A DNA stretch of 64,000 nucleotides from Savitreella phatthalungensis (Eukaryota), in contig AP039694.1 of NCBI GenBank assembly GCA_051599415.1, positions 310,001 to 374,000 on the forward strand, given 5' to 3'. Below are positions 51,295 through 61,520 of the stretch, in pieces (position 1 is the stretch's first letter; each line of letters begins with the position of its first letter). The notes beneath the pieces are model-generated. The model had not been told where the DNA came from. It saw only the letters and a list, made by a program, of their open reading frames with translations, and did not search any database. The position numbers and the translations under genes were made by a program.

Positions 51295-52026
51295 TCAAAG
51301 CTTGGGAGTGGCGGACGCAGCAGACGGCTGGAGACGTTCCTTCTCCGGGAAATCAAGGAGGTCATAGAGCTGCTTCACGGCACGAGGAGTGGTGCGGAAG
51401 TCGACCTGAATTGTGTTGATGCCGAGGTTCTTGGCGGACTTCAGATTTGCACCAATGTCGTCGAGGAACACGACTTGCTCAGCAGGTAAGGCAAGCTCTT
51501 TGAGAAGGTAGTCGTAGATGCGTGGATCTGGTTTGCGCATGTGCAGATCGATGCTGCCGATGACGCGGTCGAACAAGGGGTGAATCACGTGGTCAGTCTC
51601 CAGCTTGACAGGGAAATTGTTTGTGAGCGCCCAGATTTTGTAGTTGCCAGTCTTCTTGAGTTGCCGAATGGTTGGGAGAAGATGATCGTTGGTCTTTGTT
51701 GCCGCCTTCAGGATCAAATCGAAGAGCTCCTTGCCATCCACAACAGGAGAGTTGGATGGGACCTTAGCATCTGGGAAACGCTTGCAATACGCTTTGAAGC
51801 CTTCTGGGTCAGACAAATGCTGGCTGAAACGCCTAAAGAAGACGTCATCTGCTGCTATATTACCTAGCTCGAGTTCATGGAAGGGCGAAGGTGTTTTCCA
51901 CTTGGCGATCATGTAGTTGAGGTAATTATGGGGCAGGCCTTGGCGTTTCTCGTATGCATTGATAGCATGGAGGGGCGAATCGACGCAGACACCACCGATG
52001 TCGAATACGATGGCTTTAATGGGCAT
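51295..52026 (-). CDS. HAD-superfamily hydrolase (epoxide hydrolase N-terminal/ACAD10-like phosphatase domain)
   Basis: KAIVFDIGGVCV.SP, ALTNN, MRKPDPRIY and VVFLDDIGANLKSAK.LG. Confidence 0.9.
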   Translation of the reverse strand: MPIKAIVFDIGGVCVDSPLHAINAYEKRQGLPHNYLNYMIAKWKTPSPFHELELGNIAADDVFFRRFSQHLSDPEGFKAYCKRFPDAKVPSNSPVVDGKELFDLILKAATKTNDHLLPTIRQLKKTGNYKIWALTNNFPVKLETDHVIHPLFDRVIGSIDLHMRKPDPRIYDYLLKELALPAEQVVFLDDIGANLKSAKNLGINTIQVDFRTTPRAVKQLYDLLDFPEKERLQPSAASATPKL

Positions 52027-53910
52027 CTTCAGAATCAAGCTACAGAATGAGCGGTTCTGCGAGAGGGCGACTTGAGCAGATGAAATGGCCGGGTAGTGGG
52101 TTATGCGGTGATGTGCATGTGCTGAACAGCATGTCACAGAACTGTGGTCTCGATACACGGAATTCTATTTTCCCCAGCTTCGCATTCGATAAACCTCGGG
52201 GTAATTCTGCGGGGTCAGAAACAATAATGCCAGAAACACGTGCTCGCATGAACAAATTCGCAGCTGGACCACGTGAATACCCTAGATGCTATCCTGTCCG
52301 TGTCTGCTGAGACGCGCGGGAAGTCCGAGGTCAAGTTCCATAGCTCCTCCAATGTGAGCCAGATGACGACCTCTGTAAATGTCGCAGTCAGGCCCTATCG
52401 TCTTCGCTTCATCTTTCTTGAGAGTGAGGAATTGGAAAGACATTCTCGATTGACCTTCGTCCACAAATGATGTAGCAGCGGCTGCATGCGGACAGCGTGT
52501 ATGTTAGCATGAAGCGCTGTCGTGTGTCCTTTCTACCATTTCCCCTGATCTTATCAATTGCATCTTAGTCGGAGCCATACGCGGCCGGGCTACGGTCATC
52601 GGCTCATTCAACAACAGTTAACAGTTCTAAGGTGGGAGAACGGGTCAGAACAACGGCTAAAGTGCACGGTGGCGGAAGCAATGATATTGTTTTCATGTTC
52701 ACGAGTCCGAACTTCCATTCTAACGGTTACAATGGGCTCCAGATCGTTTGGCCATGGAAAACAATATCTATCGATGTATGCATGCCGATCGCTACAGAGC
52801 TCGGCCGAGTCTGCGGTATTAGCTCCCCGAACTATTTACCCGATCGCAATATTTTGCCTGACTCGAGATCCGGAGGGAACTGGCTGAGTCTGCATATGAA
52901 GAGGAAGAGGTTGAAATACACGAGATTCTTGGCAGATGGGACGGTGATGATGATCATGTCCAATTGACATTTGTTCGCAATTTCATTGACTGACCCAGTT
53001 TGGCCTCATTCTAATACAAAGCACATGGAAAAAGATCGGCGACGATGTGAACTGTAGCTGGAGTGGGTGAGAAAGGCAGCTCAGAAGTGATCGAAGTCAT
53101 GGAAGGACTCTGATTCGACCGACAGTAGTCAGACGACATCTTCGATCTGGAATTAGAATTCCATTCTCAGTCAGGTCAATCGAGCCGAGTACCCTGGTTA
53201 CTTTGTCAACTGTATTGTAGATCATTCAGGATTGGTATCACGAATTCCCGAGCGAGACAAACCTTCAGATCTATCTGGACCGAGAAAACTCTGGAGATAG
53301 CAGCAACTGATATACAGTCTAATCTTCTTGACCCGTGATGACATTATCAAGAGTCAACGGCCAGCTCCGACCATAGACAGATCAAAGTATCTGTGACAAT
53401 CCACTATCAGCGGCTTTCCTTTAGGCCAGCTACGCGGGAGCTATCGTCCTTACTTTCTTTCCAAACTCACTGCTGGTGTGTGGGGAGATACACATACACA
53501 GAACTGTCCCCACGTTGAGACCTTTTGGCCTTCTTCAGCTGAGATGCAGGCCAATGACGATCTTTGCTTTCCATCGCCTCTTCTGCCAAATCTCTCAATG
53601 TTCTTCGAGTGAAAGTGACAGAGAAAAGAAGATCGGATTAGCCGGTGAGATCGCGTGAATGATTCAATCCAGACCAGAGTCAGTTCAGACCAGACTATAG
53701 CAGGCCCAGAAGAGAAGATGTCACCTTCAAATGCACTCTATCAGTTTGCACGAATGGTACAGTGTACGTTAGCCAGTCAGCGTGCAGCTGGATGACGACC
53801 ATCCGCGGTACCAATCCCGTCAAGCGTAACCCTCCGTGTCTTCCACATTCTAATCAACTCGCCCGACCTCGAGACTGCAGAGTCAAGACAGTTCGCAATA
53901 ACCATCCCGC

Positions 53911-53918
53911 TATATATA
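53911..53918 (+). promoter_or_regulatory. Candidate TATA element of the carboxypeptidase gene
   Basis: TATATATA starting 59 nt upstream of ATG 53970. Confidence 0.45.
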
Positions 53919-53969
53919 GGTCCTTACCCACCTGCTTGTCATCCTTGCTATCCATCGACAACATCCGCA

Positions 53970-55838
53970 ATGCTGTTCACTTCATTGCTTGGCTTGGCAG
54001 GCTGCGTCGCCGCCCAGGCCGTCAAGGCACCTACCAATGTTACAACCAAGATCTCTAGCAAGACAGGGTATACAGTAGAGTTCAAGAACCCTACAATCTG
54101 TGACCCGAACGTGAAGCAGATCTCCGGGTATGTCACAGGGCCATCTCTCTCCGGCAACGGCAACTACAACACGTCCATCTTCTTCTGGTTCTTCGAAGCA
54201 CGCAAGAACCCCCTCAGCTCGAGTACCCCACTGACGCTATGGCTCAACGGTGGTCCCGGTTCTTCTTCCATGATTGGACTCTTCCAGGAACTCGGACCGT
54301 GCCGCGTCAACCTCGAGGGTACCGACACATACGTCAACCCCTATGCCTGGAATGAGATTTCGAACATGATCTTCATTGATCAACCAGTTCAGACCGGCTT
54401 CTCATACGACACCCTACAAAACGCCACTATCCTGGCGGACGGCAGCTTTTCGCAGAACGCATCTGACCCAGATGCGATCGGTTATGGAACGTTCTCCTCC
54501 GGTAACAGCAGTCACGCACCGAATGGTACGATCTCAGCTGGCCCAACACTGCTCAACGTCATCAAGACTTTCGTGGACGTATTTCCACAGTATGGCAACC
54601 GTGACTTCAACATCGCTACTGAGTCATACGGTGGTCATTATGGACCCGACTTCTTCGACCTGTTCGTCAATTCGAGCTCTAGCTTCCCGCTGTCGATCGG
54701 TTCGCTCCTTGTCGGTAACGGCTACATCGATGTTACCATCCAAGAGCCATACTACCCAACCTACGCCGTCAATAACTCCTACGGCATAAAGCTGCTCAAT
54801 TCGTCACAGTACGAGGATGCGCTCTTGAACTTCTACGCCCCGGACGGCTGCCAGGATCTGCTGCGTAAATGTGCTGTGACTGGCTCTGACGATGACTGCG
54901 CCGCCGCGGACGACTTCTGCTACACGAATGTAGAGGAACCTGTCTACGATGACGGAGGCCGTGGCGTCTATGACATCAGCCACTCGATCAATGACCCTAC
55001 ACCACCGGAACAGTTCCAGATTTACCTCAACAACGCCACCATCCAGAACGCACTGGGTGTTCGAGTCAACTTCACAGAGTCTGCAAACGCGCCTTACTAC
55101 GCCTTCTCTGCAGTCGGCGATGGTGTTAGGTCCGGATGGAAGGAAGACATTGCTCGCCTTCTCGACCGAAACGTCACAGTCACCATGTTCAACGGTCTCC
55201 TCGACATGATTTGCAATGCCGGCGGTGGTCAGGCGGTGGCGAATGCAATCCCGTGGAAGCGCCAGGCGCAATACCTCAACGCCACCTTCTCCAACATGAC
55301 GCTTGACAACGGGACGGTCGTCGGCCACGTGCAACAATACGGCAAGTTCTCCTACGTACGCGTGTTCGATGCCGGTCACGAGGTTCCGTACTACCAGCCC
55401 GAAGCTGCTCTCGCTATCTTCAACCGTACTATCCTTCACCGCGCTCTCGCCAACGGCCGCAGCATTTCCGCCAACTACGCTACAAATGGCTCCGTAGACG
55501 TGAATGCACCCCGCAAGCTCCCGCCCTTCGAGGCTCAGGTGACAACGGGTACAGGCGCGTTCGACTACTACACAACGACGATCGCGGCATCGCTCGTCCC
55601 GGACCAAGTCCCGACGGACTTCCCATACACCTTCGGCAGCAGCGGCAGCAGCAGCCGAAGTGCCAAGGCCACCGCCGTGTCTGCCTCCATCTCCGGCACG
55701 CCATCGCGCGCAGCCAATGCGCTTCACAGGCGTCACGCACGTCCTACGCCGGCACCCAACGCCAAGAACATCCTATCCCGCGGTAGGGATGGCAAGGGCA
55801 AGGTGCGCAAGCAGCTCGTCGGCGTCTATCGCTTCTAG
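53970..55838 (+). CDS. Secreted serine carboxypeptidase (S10 family)
   Basis: Signal peptide, FFWFFEAR, WLNGGPGSSS, FIDQPVQTGFSY, catalytic TESYGGHY / DMICN / DAGHEVP; many N-glycosylation sequons. Confidence 0.95.
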   Translation: MLFTSLLGLAGCVAAQAVKAPTNVTTKISSKTGYTVEFKNPTICDPNVKQISGYVTGPSLSGNGNYNTSIFFWFFEARKNPLSSSTPLTLWLNGGPGSSSMIGLFQELGPCRVNLEGTDTYVNPYAWNEISNMIFIDQPVQTGFSYDTLQNATILADGSFSQNASDPDAIGYGTFSSGNSSHAPNGTISAGPTLLNVIKTFVDVFPQYGNRDFNIATESYGGHYGPDFFDLFVNSSSSFPLSIGSLLVGNGYIDVTIQEPYYPTYAVNNSYGIKLLNSSQYEDALLNFYAPDGCQDLLRKCAVTGSDDDCAAADDFCYTNVEEPVYDDGGRGVYDISHSINDPTPPEQFQIYLNNATIQNALGVRVNFTESANAPYYAFSAVGDGVRSGWKEDIARLLDRNVTVTMFNGLLDMICNAGGGQAVANAIPWKRQAQYLNATFSNMTLDNGTVVGHVQQYGKFSYVRVFDAGHEVPYYQPEAALAIFNRTILHRALANGRSISANYATNGSVDVNAPRKLPPFEAQVTTGTGAFDYYTTTIAASLVPDQVPTDFPYTFGSSGSSSRSAKATAVSASISGTPSRAANALHRRHARPTPAPNAKNILSRGRDGKGKVRKQLVGVYRF

Positions 55839-56164
55839 AGGCGATTGTATTTGATACGCTCTAATTACCTTAGACAGCTAAAAGAAGTTATGTTCATTAC
55901 GAGTCTCCATCGCAGAGTGGCGCAGCCCTTCCTCCTTGCTGCCTGCTGCTCCCAGACCATGCTAGTGCTTTGCAAGAGTTTTTAAAAAGTAGCTCGTATA
56001 CTGGACAAATCTTCGACTGCATATCAAGATTTACACGCATGTCCATTTCTTAGGTAAAAAAGATCTCCTATACAATACCTCAGTATTACGATCACCATAC
56101 TGTCAACTTCAGGGTCCAGCTATAGCTGGTGAAGGGTGATCGTATTGTCTTGCGAACCAGGAAG

Positions 56165-57358
56165 CTATCCGGTGACCTGTTTCGGTCGACGGTGGGGTTG
56201 TTCGCCGTTGATGCTGTCCAACCAGGCCTCCCACCTGCCGAGCAGATGCCACCACTTCTCGGTCGCTGCGAGAGGTGCCTTTCCTGGGTTTCCTGAGAGG
56301 TGGAGCTTGTCGTGGAGTGCGGCGCAGCCGTTCTTGACATCATCGTCATTGATCCAGTTGCAACTCCACTTGCCCGGCTTGAAGACCCGCCTCGGCATCG
56401 GACCACGTGACCTGAACATGTAGTTGAGTAATCCCATCTCCATGAAACCCGTGTTGAAGCGCGCCTGCATATCGCCGTGCGGGCCGGCAACCTCGAGCAT
56501 CGTCATCGCGTAGTCAAACAGCTCGGCGTCAGGTCTCAGCATCCAGAAGCCGCCTTGGAGGTTGGTGTCCATGGTGGTCGGCTCTGGGTGCTGTCTGTTG
56601 CGGGTGTACTGCTCTCCGACAGAGGCAAACATGTAGCTGAACGGCGGCTCGGGCTCGTCTGGCCTGATACCTTCCTCTGCAGTGTCCTCGATCAGCGCCT
56701 CCCGCGTCAGCCGGACCGCCGTCTCAGTCTCGTTCCAGATCCCATCGAGCGACTTGGTCAAAAGCATGTCCGTGTCGAGGTACAACACCTTGTCGTACTC
56801 CGTCATGTTGAACCAGTTCAGCTTGGCATACTGGTCGGACCAGCGCTTGTCCGCAGGCGCAGATTGCCATGTACGCGGCATGATCGGCTCGATACGCCGT
56901 ACAATTGCACCTTCCTTCTCCAGCAGAAGAGCGACCTTGTCTGGGACTGTCGGGAGGATGTTGACGACAAAGGGGATGCCGCGGCGCGTGCGGGTGTCCG
57001 GGTTGTGGAGGATCTGGTAGGATAGAAGGCGGACGAGGAGGATGAAGATGTCTGCTTCGATCGCCTCGTCAGAGTCGTCCTCCAGGTGGGACGACAGCAA
57101 GGTTGAGTACGCGTACCGCTCTACCGGCTCGACTTCCTTCCCACCACCAAACAGCCCACTAGGCAGCGCGCCACGCAGCGTCGACCGGGTCATCTCCCGA
57201 CCACCATCCTGACTCATCAACGTCGTCAGCAACATCAAACCCACCAACGAGCCAACGATGCATGCAACCATCCGACGACCGAGCGTTCCAGGCAATGCCG
57301 ACACTCGCGTCCATACCCGGTCGACAACCGCTGATTTGCCTTGATCCAACCCGATCAT
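56165..57358 (-). CDS. Glycosyltransferase family 8, type II Golgi-like
   Basis: N-terminal TM, RYAYSTLL, RWSDQYAKLNWFNMTEYDKVLYLDTD (DxD), GGFWMLRP, EMGLLNYMF and LHDK. Confidence 0.88.
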   Translation of the reverse strand: MIGLDQGKSAVVDRVWTRVSALPGTLGRRMVACIVGSLVGLMLLTTLMSQDGGREMTRSTLRGALPSGLFGGGKEVEPVERYAYSTLLSSHLEDDSDEAIEADIFILLVRLLSYQILHNPDTRTRRGIPFVVNILPTVPDKVALLLEKEGAIVRRIEPIMPRTWQSAPADKRWSDQYAKLNWFNMTEYDKVLYLDTDMLLTKSLDGIWNETETAVRLTREALIEDTAEEGIRPDEPEPPFSYMFASVGEQYTRNRQHPEPTTMDTNLQGGFWMLRPDAELFDYAMTMLEVAGPHGDMQARFNTGFMEMGLLNYMFRSRGPMPRRVFKPGKWSCNWINDDDVKNGCAALHDKLHLSGNPGKAPLAATEKWWHLLGRWEAWLDSINGEQPHRRPKQVTG

Positions 57359-59164
57359 CGTTTTAGAGGGGGCGAGTAATGTGCGCAGTCACGGTCAAGA
57401 TATAGGTAGAGGTGGAGATGAACGAGTAAGAGGACGCAGGCGGTCGAGGTATATAGGGGAATGGCTAGGACATGGATTCCGGAGACCGGGCGCAAGGAGA
57501 GTGACAGGAAGGAGAAGGGAGTCGAGGGAGGACAGGCACTATGAGAGAGACGCACGACATAACTGGACAATGCAACTCAATCGGCCTTGCGCCGGAAGTC
57601 CGGTAATCATGGGCGAGGGGGCAAAACATGAGCAGAGAGTTTGATCACGTTAGATGTTTCCTTGACTGGCAGGTAGACTTAGAGGATAGCTGACTGACTG
57701 AGACCTGGCGATCATGGTGGACGGGACGAAGCGTGCATGCAAGCAGACAAATGAAGTTTTGGTACCTCGAAGAAGACAAGGAAAGAATTGGAAAAATGAA
57801 CGGGAAGTTTTGGTACCCCCAGCAAACCAAGCTCATTCGCCACACCTCGAACAGATAACATTTCAGTTTGCCAGGACGTTAGGAGGAGTAATACGTTTCT
57901 CTGCGTGCCGTCCTGTCGGTTCCTTTGGGCCGGAAAGAGTAAACGGATGTTTCGTGCCTTTTCAAGATCAGCGTGAGCAGTGTCCTAGCTACGACTAGAG
58001 GAACATGGCGAATAGAGGGGCTCGAGTAAAGAAAGCCGTCTTGCTAAGCCAGCAGTTCTGCAATACATTTTCCATAACCAGATCACATCGAATCGCTCAT
58101 CCATCTGTGACCGACTACAAAGAAGATTATGTTATTTCATGTATCCCTCTGACTGACACGTTGTTGTCGGTCAAGAGAGATTGCTGGCCAAGAGAGATTG
58201 CATAGTGGTGCGATATCATATGTAGGTCAGCTCTTGCTATCACGGAACATTTACTCTAAATTAAGTCTCCGAGTTCAGTCGGCAAGGAGGGGTCATTAGC
58301 GAGCATATCTAAGCCCGATACAGATATAAGAATCAATGGAACGAATGTGAATATATTTGCGGCTGACGAGATCTATCAGCAGCACAGTATTGTCAAGTTG
58401 GGCTGAAAATAGATATGAAAACTACTTGAACATCCCGTCAAGAGCGGCAGGTAGATGAATTAATCAATTGGAAATGCCTGATGTCTGAATTTAAGGTTTT
58501 CGCCTTGTTGGGATATGTACATACTCTTTTCACTCTCTTTCTCCTTCTCATTGAGGCATCCCGGAAACCACCTTCTCCGACTCAATCGGAATCCGTATGA
58601 TAACAACACAAGGCGATTCCACTGTAGATCAAGTCAATCATATATCGATGTGCGTCTAACGCTTGATCAGCACAAGTTCCCAATGAGGTCTTGAATATCT
58701 CTGTTTCCCATACTGTCACACCGACATTCTTGACTGACAGACTGTATTTTCTCCTGTCTTCTCGACTCCCGATGTTCCTGTTCTAAATCGCCTTGAGTCT
58801 CCGCTCATTGCTAGTCCCGAGGCATGTTTCAGGGCACTTACCCACCGACGTGCCCGCACTCGTGCTATCGTTCACTGATATGTACCTACGGCATGCGCAC
58901 AGCTAAAGGTGAAAACACGTGCGGCGATCGCGTGCAGATCTGACACGTGCGTGAGCACAAAGTCGATGAATCACGTGCCCTCCAAAGGTGTTTGTGGACG
59001 TTTGTAGCAATGCAGTCAACTGGAATCAATGCAATAGACCAATCATTCTCTACAGAGATACATCATCGTTCACCTCGAACTCAGCTAGGGAAGGCCTTGC
59101 TCTGCTTCTGGTGCTCGAGCATCAATCGCTCCTAGTCGACTGCCTCATCTTGCTTCATCTCGTC

Positions 59165-59803
59165 ATGGTGTACTACTTCAAGACTGCATCAGGCACAGCC
59201 ATCTACATGGGCAAGGACAAGTTTGAGAATGAGGATCTGATCAAGTACGGCTGGGAGAACGATGTGTGGTTCCACGTCGACAACTTAAGTAGTGCTCACG
59301 TGTATCTTCGCCTTCCTGACTATGCATCCTGGGAGGAAATCCCCGAGGCTGATCTCCTCGACTGCGCTCAGCTCACAAAGGCCAACAGCATTGACGGCAA
59401 CAAGCGTGACAACATCACCATCATCTACACCCCACACGCGAACCTGAAGAAGTCAGGCGACATGGCGACCGGTCAGGTGTCTTTTCATCGGTCGAAGCAG
59501 GTCAAGAAGGTGTTTGTCAAGACTCGCGAAAATGCCATTGTCAATCGGCTCAACAAGACGCGTGAGGAACGGATCAATCCTGATCTACAGGCGGAGTTGC
59601 GTGATCACCAGATAAGCAAGCAGCGTGTGGCCAAAGAGCTTTTCTACGCCAACAAGCGGGAAGAGGACAAGCGCGCTCGGGAGATGAAGGCTGCAGCGGA
59701 GCTGAAGCGCAAGGGATATTCCGATTTCCTCACGGAAGATGCGATCGAGGAGGCTGCGGCAGAGCGTGGATCCGACTACGATCCCGAAGAGGACTTCATG
59801 TGA
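59165..59803 (+). CDS. CCDC25/Jlp2 family protein (NFACT-R domain)
   Basis: [53 protein letters not shown] and C-terminal EEDFM. Confidence 0.93.
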   Translation: MVYYFKTASGTAIYMGKDKFENEDLIKYGWENDVWFHVDNLSSAHVYLRLPDYASWEEIPEADLLDCAQLTKANSIDGNKRDNITIIYTPHANLKKSGDMATGQVSFHRSKQVKKVFVKTRENAIVNRLNKTREERINPDLQAELRDHQISKQRVAKELFYANKREEDKRAREMKAAAELKRKGYSDFLTEDAIEEAAAERGSDYDPEEDFM

Positions 59804-59814
59804 TGAAGCTACAC

Positions 59815-61212
59815 CTACTTCTTTGTCTCCACCAATGCATCGTCCTCCACCACCATCTCGATCTTGTGCTCACCGGCCTGGATATCTGCATCGTCACCGT
59901 CCTCGATCCGAAGCTCCTCGATCGCTTTCCCAGCTTGCACAGTCTCATCAGAATGCACGTGCGCATTTGGCACAAGCTCAGGTATCTCTTCTACAGCACC
60001 TGCTAGATTCTTCATCTCCGCAGGCTGACCAGACTCGCCCGAGGCCGGGCCTACAGCCTCTGGCGACTTTTCTGTTCTGACCTCTGGCGCTTCAACTGGC
60101 AAAGGCGGGACCGGTCTCGCAGGTACAGGCCGTTTTGATGCGCTCTTGGGGGCTTCTCTGACCGGTGTATCTGCCACCGATGTGGAAGCTCCTGCTCGTG
60201 AATCACCAGTGGCAGGGCTGCCACAAGTATGAGCAGCGAGAGCGTCCATGTCCATGGCCTGGCCGCAAGTACTGCATTTTACAGCGACCTTGTCTTCAAG
60301 GTCATCGTAGGTAGGTGGCGCGCCGAAGCCGGACTCGGGCTGATGTGGTTCGAGCGCGTTAGCGGGTGGGATCTCGTCAGTCTTCCTGTCTGTCTCGCCC
60401 TTGGCGACTTGCTCGTCTGCAACCTTGCGTGATTCCGCAGCAGCAATTGTGTCAAGCAGCCCCTGCGCATCCCGTGGGATATGAACCCTCCCCTCGAGAA
60501 TCTGAGCGGCGGAATACCTAGCTCCGTAGAACCTCTCATTCTCATCTCCGCGCTCAATGATGATCGACCCATCCAGCTGCACGCCCGCGTAGAACCCTTT
60601 GCTCTTCGTGTACGACCAGCAGGGCGCCTGCTGATACCCCCCGTCCAGCATGGCCCCAGCTCCCATCGGTCCCGCGACCAGCGCCAACTCTCCTCCCAGA
60701 TTCACCTTCGGTCGGGCGAACGACTTGACGGCAGACTCCGTCCTCAGAATCAGCACCACATCGTAAACGTCCACACCGATCAAAAACCCAAACCCGATCG
60801 TGTGGACCAACAACCCCGAAGGCGGACCCCACTTCCCATCCTCTCCTCTCGCGATCACCACCCCTGACCCAGACGCCCCAGACAACCCAAACCCTGTGCG
60901 GAAGACGGTGAAGATGGCCAGACCCTTGGCATTGGCGATGGCCTGTGGTGGGATACGCTTGATGACTTTCTGTGTTTTCTTAGCGGCGTTGTCGTCGTGG
61001 ACGTTATTGGTGGCGGTGGCGATGCCACCGTCGAGTGTGAACGTGCGTAGGATCCGAGCAGCCTTGTCCAGCTCACGGTCCATCGTCGTCGGCCACACAC
61101 TCTCGATACCAAGCTTGCCAGCAGCTCGATTCATCGGCTCTCCAGCATACTTGTCAAGCGCCTTCCATCCCTTGTCAAATACTCCCTTACTCGAGCTCCA
61201 AGCTTTCTTCAT
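59815..61212 (-). CDS. SYLF (Ysc84/Lsb3 actin/lipid-binding) domain protein without SH3
   Basis: ELDKAARILRTF, IP..AIANAKGLAIFTV, SGASGSGVVIAR, YTKSKGFYAGVQLDGSIIIER.DENERFYG; acidic tail. Confidence 0.9.
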   Translation of the reverse strand: MKKAWSSSKGVFDKGWKALDKYAGEPMNRAAGKLGIESVWPTTMDRELDKAARILRTFTLDGGIATATNNVHDDNAAKKTQKVIKRIPPQAIANAKGLAIFTVFRTGFGLSGASGSGVVIARGEDGKWGPPSGLLVHTIGFGFLIGVDVYDVVLILRTESAVKSFARPKVNLGGELALVAGPMGAGAMLDGGYQQAPCWSYTKSKGFYAGVQLDGSIIIERGDENERFYGARYSAAQILEGRVHIPRDAQGLLDTIAAAESRKVADEQVAKGETDRKTDEIPPANALEPHQPESGFGAPPTYDDLEDKVAVKCSTCGQAMDMDALAAHTCGSPATGDSRAGASTSVADTPVREAPKSASKRPVPARPVPPLPVEAPEVRTEKSPEAVGPASGESGQPAEMKNLAGAVEEIPELVPNAHVHSDETVQAGKAIEELRIEDGDDADIQAGEHKIEMVVEDDALVETKK

Positions 61213-61520
61213 TTCTACTGTGCACTGTGCTCCAGATACAGTTGAGGATAGACGTCCTTTGTAGTTCGTGTTCTTGGCATATGGTCGATTGGGAGGTTTT
61301 CTCTTTTTGTCATGTGGTGAGGATGACGATGGACGGATTGACTAATTGGGCGTGGCGTCGAATAGGAAAACAGTGCGAAGATTCGATTGGATTGCCTATC
61401 CGGGAAGGATCACCACATGATGAATTCTGCCAAGAGAGTTAACACGTGAACAGGATACCGGCTCAGAAGAACATAATATAGTCTTACGGTATATATCATC
61501 TTGTGATCTACCTTTCCCTA

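Noticed and set aside
52400..53900. ncRNA, tRNA or transposon remnants in long spacers (also 57400-59100 and 62950-64000)
   Set aside because: No tRNA A/B boxes with a cloverleaf, snRNA signatures, terminal repeats or transposase/RT motifs recognised by eye; tRNAscan-SE and Infernal were not run.
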